A stretch of DNA of 64,000 nucleotides, from NCBI GenBank assembly GCA_013239625.1, contig MU054033.1, positions 1-64,000 of the forward strand. Reading direction: 5' to 3'. The stretch comes from Lama guanicoe. Taxonomy: Eukaryota. Numbering within the stretch: position 1 is the first letter of the stretch; each line of letters starts with the position of its first letter. Under the pieces are notes generated by a model, which was not told the DNA's origin, made no database searches, and saw only the letters and a list, made by a program, of their open reading frames with translations. Shown here piece after piece: positions 28,113 to 39,100 of the stretch. The position numbers were made by a program, and so were the translations under genes.

Positions 28113-28403
28113 TATCAGAGGAGTGATTTCAATGAGCCCAGACCTTTGCACCTCCCCATAGGCAGAAGAGTGTTACGTTCCTTACCTTGAGATAGCTGGT
28201 TTCCTTTAATTAACACTAATCTTGATGTTCCGAATACCTGGGCTTTGTTGCAAAAGCTTACATACCCTGGCTTCTCCCTTCCTTGGAACGGACGGACACT
28301 TCGAGCGATCCGAGAGGCTGTGTCTCTGGCTTGAGTCCTCAGAAAGTCCGCTGAACGAAATACAACTCTAGCTTTCAGGCTGTGCATTTTCTTTCAGTCA
28401 ACA
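28113..28403 (+). mobile_element. ERV1-type LTR fragment
   Basis: gaggagtgatttcaatgagcccagac...tgagtcctcagaaagtcc...ggctgtgcattttctttcagtcaaca end. Confidence 0.65.
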
Positions 28404-28719
28404 GGAGGGATCCCAGGGGCATAGCCTCAAAAAAATACATTGAAAACAGGTGTATTGTAGTCAGATCTGTACTGTTTTGAGTGGTGCCTGGCGGAAGCCA
28501 AGGAGGCAGAGGCCCAGGAGAGCCCAACGCGCCCCGCTGCACGCAGAGGCCCCGGGCAGCCTCGCTGGGTGATGATAATGATGACAGAGGAGGAGATGAC
28601 GAGAGTCATGGCATTAAGCGCTGTTGGCATCTGTCATCCATTCGCTGGCCCAGCAGGCATCCGCCGATCACGCATGTAACCAGGTCCTGCCTGGGCAGCA
28701 CGGGCGAGGCGCTGCGCGA

Positions 28720-28738
28720 CACCGCCACCTAGTGGCGA
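28720..28738 (-). promoter_or_regulatory. CTCF binding motif
   Basis: Reverse strand reads TCGCCACTAGGTGGCGGTG, a close match to the CTCF core CCACYAGRKGGCR. Confidence 0.6.
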
Positions 28739-30372
28739 AATGCTTCATTACAAGCAACCCAAAATGAAATTCACATTAAAGATCTTTCAAAGAATCGTCA
28801 ACCACTGAAGCAGCTAGACGTACACAACACACACGCAAAGACACACGGACTAGACATTTCCATGTTTGTAACACGTCGGGCACATTTTAATATTTTGTGA
28901 TGTGTGGAGCTTTATATTCCCGAAAATCTAAAGCATTCCATTTCCTGGAGTTAAATTCTGACAGCTTTTGAAAAGAACATGACGCAGAAAAATATCGAAC
29001 ACCTCTTACCCTCCCCACCAGCTCTGCTTTCCTAAGACTTACGGGAGGCTGTGTGTGTGGTGTGTTTTAATCATTGTTTTTCTGTTTATAAAAGCCGGAC
29101 ATGTTCATTTCGGAAAATACAGAAATGGCAGGATTTTATTCTTCTGGTTCCAAATCCACTGGGAGCATTTCCTGCACTGGCAGTGGTGGGAAGGGATGCT
29201 TTCAGGATGCCCTGCACACTGGCTTCCCCCTCCCACGTGCGGGTCCCGGGGCCCCGGCTGGGCAGAGGGGACTGGAGATGCTCCCACGCTGGGGTCCAGG
29301 TCCTCTCCACACTCCCGTGCGCCTTCCCTCCTCCACCTGAGCCTGACCCGGGCTCTTCATCAGTGAGGAAGGAGGGTGACTTCCAGAGCACAGGGCGGAG
29401 GATGCTTCAACCTCAGCCAGTCTGAAGGAGTAGGAAGCCAGCTCACACACTGACTTCCCTGATGCTGAAAGTGTTTGCTGATTCATCCTTTGCTGAGAAT
29501 AGCTTGAACCCAGGGGCTACGCTCCGGGAAGGAGGTAACAGACTGATAAGCTCCGAAGACTGGACGGACCCTCCAGAGCCCCAGATTCCTCGAGGTTAAA
29601 GGGAATGCAGCACCCTGTAAAATGCCCCGGTGGCTATCACCTTTTCTGTTCCACCCAGTTTGTCTGTAAAACCTCAAGACCCCGACCCCAGACGGATTCA
29701 CAGCCTCTGAGGCATTAGCCCGTGCTGACCCCCCTTTGCCTGGCCAGGCACTCAAGCTGCTCTTCTCGGATTCTCCCCCAGCTCTGCCTCTGAGTCTTAA
29801 TCCATCTTCTGGGGTGCAGAGGCCAGCTTTGAGGCAACAAGCTGGCCCCAGACTGTCACCTGGGCCTGTGCAATACTCAGAGAGAAAAGCCGCAGACCAC
29901 CAGACCAGAGCTGGCGAGAAGCTGAAAGGGAGTCATTCACTTATTCGACAAATATTTGCTGAATTCCAACCCAATGCCAGAAACCGTGTCTAGGACACAG
30001 ATGGATGGGATGGCTGGAGGTCTAGAGCTGTAATCACTGAGGCGGCTCGATGACGCTCAACCACAAACCATCAGAGATAAAGTGAACACTAACAGACAAC
30101 AAAGCAGAAAGAGAAAGAAATAAAAACACCTGATTGGTGTGTGCGAAGCAACACTGCTCAGCGATCTGCGACCTTACCACTGAGGGTCTAACTGCCGTGG
30201 AGCATAGCCGTTAGGACGCACACCTACACTTCTACCCATTCCAAAGTGCATTTTGCTAAAAAAAAACCAAACACTGCATGATGAAATACATGAATGTTTC
30301 ATTTTTGCCTGCTCAGGTTTACTGTTTCATATTCATGGAGTGCAACTGTCATTTCCAAATTAAAAGAGAGCT

Positions 30373-30850
30373 GGGGGGGTGTAGCTCAGTGGTAGAGTGA
30401 GTGAGTGAGTGCTGAGCAGGCGCGAGGTCCTGGGCTCAAAAAAAAAAAAGACAAATGAACATAAATACAAAACAGAAACAGACTCATAGACATAGAATAC
30501 AGACTTGTGGTTGCCAGAGGGGAGCGGGATGGGAAGGGACAGACTGGGAGTTCGAGATTTGTAGATCCTGGCAGGCATATGCAGAATAGATAAACAAGAT
30601 TACACTGCACAGCACAGGGAAATAGATACAAGATCTTGGGGTAGCTCACAGCGAAAAAAAATGTGACAGTGAATATATGTATGTTCATGTATAACTGAAA
30701 AATTGTGCTCTACATTGGACCTTGACACAATGTAAACTGACTATAACTCAATAAAAGGAAAATTTTTAAAAAATCCCCAGTACATCCATTAAAAGTAAAT
30801 TAATAAATAAATAATAAATAAATAAATAAACAAACCTAATTACGTCTCCC
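30373..30850 (+). mobile_element. tRNA-derived SINE split by an L1 3' fragment (about 30439-30770)
   Basis: ggggggtgtagctcagtggtagag...gaggtcctgggctcaa [L1 tail] aatccccagtacatccattaaa...acctaattac. Confidence 0.85.
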
Positions 30851-32914
30851 CACCCCACCCCCAGCTGAGGGCTGGGAAGGGAGAGAGGCAGGGAGGCGGC
30901 TGGGGTCAGGCCATGCTTAGCCGCAAAGATCACCCCACGTCTTCCTACTCTCACATCTTGATCGATCTCAACCTATTTGGGTTTTGTTCTGCCTTTGAAA
31001 GTATAGGTTTGGGTCTTTAGCGAAATTTGGGACGTTTGTGGCCATTGGTTCCTTAAATACTCTTCTAGTCTCTCTCATCCTCTCACCTCCCCTTCTCAGA
31101 CTCCAGTAATATGCACGTTAGTTCTTGTTTTTGTAGCCCTGTGGGTCTCTGAGACTCTTCATTTCTACCCTAGTCTGTTTTCTGTTTTCCAGACTGGTTA
31201 CATTCTGTTACTCTGTCCTAAAATTCCCCAATTCTATCTTCTGTCACCTCCACACTACTACTGAGGCCATCCAGAGAGCGTTTGCTTTGTTTTTATTGCA
31301 TTTTTATGTTCTGTAACATTTGAGTCTTTATTACAACTTGTGGGGGTTTTTTTAATTGATATTTTATTTTTTAAATGTGTTTCAAGAGAATCCATAATTG
31401 CTTCTTGAAGTGTTTTCATGATGTCCGCTTTAAAATCTTGGTCGGATAATTCCAACATCTGATTCCTTGCCACGTGGGTGTTTGTTGATGGATGGACTTC
31501 TTTCATTCAAGTTGTGGCTCTCCTGGTTCTCAGCGTGACTAGTGACTTTCCGTTGTGTCTTGGACATTTGGGGCGTTATGTTAGAGACCCTGGATGTTAT
31601 TCAATGTCCTATTTTAGCAGACAGGCCCTACACTGAGGAACAGCACGAGAGCCAGGCAGGTGTGTATGTTCAGCATCCTACAAGGACTTGCTGGCACCAC
31701 CCAGGCAAAATCGGCATGGTGACTCCCATTGCCATGCTGCTGAAGGGTGGGCAAGAAGTCCAGCTCCCTCCTGGCTCTATTGACACCTTCCCGATGGAGG
31801 AGGGGCACTGGCTCACACCACCTTGCTGCCTGCAACTTGAGGTGTAAGTCAGCTCCACAGGGGGTCCTGCTGAAGGTAAGGTGGGCTGTGCAGTCTGCCG
31901 ATGTGTCCTCTTTTCACTACCTGTGCCACCTGTGGGCACCCAGCTGGGGTGGATGCTCAGCTCCCCTCTGAGCCCCAGGCATCGTTCATGGAAAAAAGTT
32001 CAGAAGTGACCGGACTGAGTTACTGCACACACAGAAATACCTCAAAATCAAACACATGCCTGGGAACGACTTCCTGTTTCCACCCTTCGACGCGAGAACA
32101 GACCCGTGTCGGGTGGGGCGGCCGACCCCAGCTCCACCTCTCCTCTGACGATGGAAGAGTGAAAGGATGGAAGACACCCATTTAGATGAAGACTTCAGGA
32201 ATCCTCGTGTTTGAGACGACAAAGCCCTCAGCTCCACTTTGGAAAGTACTACTTTCTTACAGATTATTACTTGAAATATTAATCAGCAAACCTGCCCCTG
32301 CAATTAACTTCAAAAGACGAAGACAAAATGGTGCTGGTGACTTTTTCAAGGGCAGCTGGCAGCTCTGGCCAAGTACTAATGTGGTGGCTGGAGAGACGAT
32401 TCAGTAATTCTACGCTCCCCAGATACTTTTTTAAATTACATATCTTGAAGTTTTTGACTGAAATCACACGGCCGTTAACCGCCACAGACATCAGAGAAGC
32501 TTCGTCCTATTATGTATATTTTTGTGTAACTTTTAGAAGAACCAGCGTTACTCTGAGAATGTTTTTATTTGTAATCCAAAGAAGGTCAGCATATTTTTCT
32601 ACCTATTCAGTTATAGAAACTACCACTGAGTGATGGCTCATTAACAAAGGTTCTCTTCGAGTCAAAGGCAGGCACGTTCAGGGTCAGAGAGCAATCAATC
32701 CACGTGCAGCGCAAGAGTGTTCGTTCCTTTGCAAAGTGACTGAGGGACGGACGCTCTGTTTGCATGACGCAGCGACTCACATGCCGAATTTCAGTCATTC
32801 CACCTTCACAAAGAAACGCAGGCCACTTCCATTCTTAAAGGTTTTCTTTAAAGTCGCACCCAAAAATAAACACGGCGCTGCTGCGAACAGATGTCTCTGC
32901 CCGAGCTCCATAGG

Positions 32915-32920
32915 TTTATT
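32915..32920 (-). terminator. Candidate polyadenylation signal (AATAAA) for the CDC42BPA-like gene
   Basis: tttatt on + (AATAAA on -) about 80 nt downstream of the TGA; a second one lies at 32564-32569. Confidence 0.45.
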
Positions 32921-33001
32921 TCTTTCCTTTTCTTCCAAATTACAGCAGACACCACGGTGTCATCGGGTGGGCCCCCCCGGCCCACACGCGAGGGGGTGAA
33001 G

Positions 33002-33132
33002 TCACAGCCCCGAGGACGGCTTCGCTTTCCCTCTGGGGACCCTGGAGGAGGAAAGCCGCTTGCCGCCGACGTGTCGGGTCACCTGCTTCTGAGGATTCTC
33101 TGATGGTCCGGGAAACACCAGCTCATCTCCAT
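33002..33132 (-). CDS. CDC42BPA: CDC42BPA-like terminal coding exon (ancestrally internal, pre-CRIB), ending in TGA
   Basis: gtag|[43 protein letters not shown] versus human [42 protein letters not shown]. No GT donor at the ancestral position; stop at 33004-33002. Confidence 0.8.
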
Positions 33133-36100
33133 CTACACGTATTTTAAAACAGACAAAACAATGGCCTCCTTTAAACTGTTAAGATGCCTCCCATCTCCCA
33201 TCCCTTAACCTTATGTTTTCTCACGTGAATCCCACAAATGCACACATGTCACACCACTCTGGTTTTTTAAAGTTAGAGATGGATGACTGTGGCGAATTTA
33301 TCAAGAGTATACACAGAGCGTCCACGAACAGAATTTCACATTCATTTTAAGCCATCCTTAAAAACAAATCCTGCGTGACATTTATCTCTAAGACGACATC
33401 ATGTCACTAGAAGGAGGAACAGTCGTCTTGGTCTCTTTCCACTTTGATTTGCCCTCTTATTTCTGTGCTGCGTTTTTCTCCTACTGGTTTTTGTCACTAA
33501 AGGATATCAAAATCGTCTGCTACGTGGCAGGGTAAAGTGTAAAGGGCGATCATTGTGCAGATGAAACTTTTTGCAATTATTGTAACCAAGCAACGCATTT
33601 CTCCTGGAGGTGAGAGCCTCTGCGCGCTGCCTCCTTCCATCGTCTTTAGAACCCACAAGCCCACGACCAGCTCTACTTTAGGTCTTTACATCTAGAAACC
33701 AACAGACCTGTCACTCAGAAACCCGCAAAACTGTCTTACACTCCAGAAAGAAAATAAAACAGCTTGTGGTGGGTTAAATGGTGTCCTCCCCAAAGATTCT
33801 AAAGTCCTAACCACTCCCCTAAGGCAAGTGAACGTGAATTTATTTGGAATTAGGACCTTTGCTGATGGTCAAGTTAAGATGAGGTCATGGGATGGGCCCT
33901 AAGCTAATATGATTGTGCCCTTATAAAAAGAGGACATTTAGACACAGGACACACATGAACTTATTTACAAAACAGACTCACAGACATAGAAAACACACTT
34001 CTGGTTACTAGCGGGGAAAGGGGAGGATGGAGGGATAAATGGGGAGTTTGAGATCTGCAGACACTAACTACCATATACGAAATGAATAAACAGCAAGGTC
34101 CTACTGCACAGCACAGGGAACTATATTCAATACCTTGTCATAACCTATAATGAAAAAGAATATAAAAAGGAACATACATGTGTGTAACTGAACCACTGTG
34201 CTGTACACCAGAAAGTAACAAAATATTATAAACTGATTTTACCTCAAATTAAAAAAAAAGGTAACTGGAGTGTGCCACAAGTCAGTGCTTTTATCTACAA
34301 AGTTATCTGGGGATAAAAGAGAGCCACCCTTCGTCATGAGCACATCCCGGTCTGGCAGTGAAGGGCCCAGGTGCCACTGACAGGCCCTCTCCCCTCGCTG
34401 GCTCTGCGGCCCAGGGCCGTCAGCTAGAGGTGTGGGTTCTTAGCAACAGGTCTACTAAAAAGAAGTTGTTTCTTACCTGTCTTCTTATTTTTGAAATATA
34501 TTAATCTAACTGTCTCCAAAAGTAAAATATTTAGGGATCCTTCACTATTCAAGGGTCGAACCTAAAATAACAAAAGACACGGTTACCATCTTAACACAAA
34601 CTTGTGAAAAATTAAGCTGTGAGACTATTTGTTTATACATAAAAAATTAAGTGGAAGGATAGTGTATTTAAACTGCCCCCTCAAAATAACGGTGTCTCAA
34701 AAGAAACACAGAAAAATATCACTCAAAGGGAATAAATGGTGTTAAAAACTCATATTGATAAAGTTTCAGAAATTTGAATACCCTAGGTTAAAGAAATTGG
34801 AACATTACTGACTTGAATAGAAATACATTTAATTTCCAAAATGACTTTTTAAAAGTTATTAGTAACTAAAAGTTTATCCTGAGATGCATCTGCCTTGTGA
34901 ATTCATTGTATCAAACAGCAAATGTGACTGATTCATATTTAGAATGCTGAAAATGTGTATTTTAATGTTGTATACAGTGGGACAGTCCTTACAAAAGCTT
35001 TTCCCACTGCTGATGTGGTTTAAAGTGGAGCAGAATCTTCCAGGGCACCTAAAAGGAGGGGCTCCAACCTTTTTTGGTGAACTCGGCATAATGCTGACAC
35101 TCCAACCTGACCAAGATAACATACAACGAAAAGGAAACACGTTCCGATCTCACTTCTAGATATTGATGCAAATAAGACTTTTCCATCAAACATCAGAAGA
35201 TAAACTCCATGTGGGTCCTCTGTACGATTTCTCCTCCCCTGAGTCACTGTGGACTCTCAAGTGTTAATAAATAAAAACGCTGTCAACTTTGTGTGTATCT
35301 CCCTGGGGAAAAAAAATTAAGTGGAGCAAAATCTCACACGTAACTGTGACTACTTCGTCCATCCTATTCCTGCATCAGCTCCTTCTGGATGAGTCATGCT
35401 GTGTACAGGCCACATGTTCCAGAATTTAATTATTCTTAAACCTTCGGTGGTTTGATGAATTCCATTAAACCACTTCAGTTGGCTCTTAATGAAATAGCAG
35501 GGTTTTTTACTTTTAAATTTTTATCTGTATTTTAAATTGTTTGTGGTAGAGATAGAAATTTTTTTTTTATTTTATTGTGAATCTGTGAAATCCTGATTGA
35601 GAATCCTAAAACACAGCTTTGGTAATATACTTTTCCTTTTTTTTTTTGCCAGTAAAATTTACCTTCTCAGGATGCAAGATTATTCCAAGTGAACGTTAGT
35701 GATACATACAAGCAACTAAACTGAATGTGGGAGGTAACATCCATATTGTATAATGTAAATTTTCATCTTATATTGTCTGTATAAACAGTACGTTTATTTA
35801 TATCATGACAATCCTACTTTGAATAATGCAACTAAATATCGCAAAATAGCTCTTGTACTAGTAATAAAATTAGCCAATTTGATTTCGGTTGGCTAGTTTT
35901 ACTTTTAGTTAAGCCTCCAAATGACCAAGGACTCGTTAGCAAGCCCAGCAAATGCACAGCAGAGAAGGCCTGCCTCCGTTTTCCGTCTGTAATTCATCAG
36001 TCACATGGTCTCAAGGTCAAATCACCTTCTTGAGGGGGATGGTCTGGATCCACTCCACGGAGTTCACGTCAAAGACGTCCACCGCGTTTTCACTGTACAC

Positions 36101-39100
36101 CGAGAGATACGGGGCCTTGTAACCTGGGAGAAGGGGAGGAAGCGACAGCAAGCGTGGGCTTCATGGTTCGTTTTTTCAATCGGAATTTTCATTAGCATAA
36201 TTATAGATTCACATGCAGTTGTAAGAAATAATACAGAAGGATCTCTTGCTCACTCTGCCTGGTTTTGCCCAATGTAACGTTTTGCAAAACGAGCATGCTG
36301 ACATTGATAGAGCTAATCTATTCATCTTCAGGCAGATTTTCCCAGTTTTACTAACACTAGTGTGCGTGTGTGTGTGTGTGTATGAAGGTCGATGCGATTT
36401 TATCCCCTGTGTAAGTTCCTATACCCAGCGCCACAGTCAAGATACAGAACAGTTTCAAGGATTCCTAATGGTGCCCTTTGATAATCCCGTCTATCTCCTT
36501 TCTACCTCCCCCTCCTTCCTTAATCCCTGGGAATCAGTATAACTTGTACTCATTTCTAAAATTTTGTCATTTCAAAAATGTTCTATAAATCAAATCACAC
36601 AGTATTCGTGATTAATTATATCTGCTAAGCCCATATACATTGGGAAAAAAAAAAGCCATCAGGTTGGAAATTGAAGAGACTCTCATGATAATATTCTAAT
36701 TATCATAGAGTAGCTGCCTCAAAATCTTTTTTTTTAAATAGACAAGGCTGACATAAATAAAAACAGCAAATAAATGGTGCACGTGGGTCAAATTACAAAA
36801 ATCTCCCGAACATCTTCATCTAACAGCAGCTTTAAGTCATTTCATAACATTTCAAAATCTGTAGCAGCTAAACCAGGTCGGCTCACAAGAAGAGTACGGT
36901 ATGAGATTTAAAAAGTGCGTGTCAAAAAAAAAAAAGAAAGAAAGAAAGAATAAACAAGAATGAAAATGTGGACATGAAATTATAAAACACAACTGGGAAA
37001 TTTCTGCTGTTGCTGATGGCTCTTCTAAAATTATATTATGTATATTATAAAATTATAACATTCTAAAAAATTTTTTTTAATTTTTAAAAAGTATGTGTGG
37101 AGAGTGAAATTAATGAACAAAGCAGTGAAAACTTCCAGCCAGTGACATTTTTTGGAACTTTCTATTTTATTAATAACAACTCTTTATGAGTCCTAAACAC
37201 TCACCTCACCATGAATATATCTCCCCATTAAAACAACAGCAGTGTAACCAACAAACCTTCCTATGCTCACGTGATGCCATCTCTCTCCTGTTTCCTGTAG
37301 CCAGTTCTTGAAAGTGTCATTCACCTTTCCTGTCCTCCACTGCTCAGCCCTACCGACACCTCCGTCCATGGCAATCTGACCTGTGCCTTAACGTCTCCAT
37401 TAAAATGGCTCTCACTGCAAGCCATCAACCATCAATGGACACATTTCGGTCTTTGTCTTACTTGACAGCTCAGCGATCCTTGCCTCCCAGAATTCTCCTT
37501 CTCAGTTTCCTTTATGGGCCTCTTTCTCTCTGACCATCCTCCTAATATTTGCATTTCTTGGTCCTCTGACCTTCACCCTTTTCTCTTCTCGCTCTGTCTT
37601 AACTCTCGCACCGGCAGGACAAACTCGGCATGTCCAAGGAATCATGCTGACGATGCCAGAAACCAGTCACTGATTTCAGCATTACCAGGAGTGAGATGAC
37701 CAGACATCGTGTGCCCTGACGTGCTTCCACGTGACGTATACAAAATTATACCTAGAGTATTCTTACCAGAGCCTTCAAAGCTCATTGTCAGTTGTAGAAA
37801 ACTCAGGATGTCGAGGAAGAAGTTAGAAAGCACCACGAGGAAACAGACAGATCCAGATTGCAGAAAGTCCTGTGGAACAACAGATCAGCGGCACAGACCA
37901 CCACCCAAGATTATGCGATACTTAAGAGAGAACTACAACATGCAACATATGGACCATTTTTAGATTCCGATTCCAAGAAATACACTGTCAAAAGAGATGT
38001 CTTTGCAATAATCAGGGATATGTGAATATGGACTATTAGGTGATAAACAAGACTCACTGGTAGTTTCTTCAGGGGTGATAACAGCAATGTTTTGTGAGAA
38101 AGAAGTCCGTATTTTTAGAGATGAATGCTCAAGTGTATAGATATTATAGAAAAGAATGTCTGGGATTTGTTTTCAAGTACTTCAACAACACAACAAATGA
38201 GGGGAAAAGTTAAATGATCAAATCCGTTCCCCTCCCGCCCATCTGAATCCTTTCCACCTCGTGTTTTATTAGCTCGGCAAATATCAGTGGCATCCACTCA
38301 TTTGCTCAAGAAGGAAAGCTGAGAATCCCTCCTGATTCTTTCATCCCTGAGCTTCCGCTTCTGATCAAGTGTGAAGTTTGGTCGATTACAGCTCCTCCAC
38401 ATCCCTCCGATTCTCTCCTTTCCGTCCCAACTGCCTCTACCGCACGTAATTTTAACCCACAGTTTCTAAAGTGACCTGCCTCCCAGTTGGTCCCTTGGGC
38501 TCCAGCCTCACCTGGCATTATCTTTAATCTCACCTTTGGAACCTAGGGATTTTTCTGAATGCAAATCTGTGTCAGTGCTTCTCTGACCTGGCTCACAAGA
38601 ACCTTTCCACTTGAACCCCACGCCTCACGAAACACAGCGTGGCTGGCCTCTTCCAGTTACGGCAGAGCTGTCTGGAATTGGACTCACCCTCCCACCATCC
38701 ATAATTCTAAAACTAAACAAAACGTACAAAATTACTCTTTCTAAGAATGGATTCATGGACAGCACAGGGCTGCCCTCCTTAAAAGAAGAGAAATACGTGA
38801 AGTGGGTTCCACGTGCCCCTATTTTTCTGCCTAAGGGGAACTCTCCAAAACTGCTACGTAGGAAAACGGAGCCTAAGCAGAGAGCTGACGTTTGCCAGGC
38901 AGAGGAAACAAATTCTAACAGGCCTGAAATCTGCAAGGCGGAGCACACAGAGGGAAGAGACGTCCACACGCAGAAGACGTCCCAGAAATCCACGCAGCGC
39001 TGCCCTCGACGTTCCGGGCCAAGTTCAAAGCTCCACGTGGACAGAGCAAGACTCCACGACACCCGCTGGGAGCACTGAGAGAGGAACAGAAATTTCACAG

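Noticed and set aside
32170..32310. Possible remnant of the CRIB exon downstream of the stop
   Set aside because: No ISNPTNFNH or HMGPG-like motif found in minus-strand reading.
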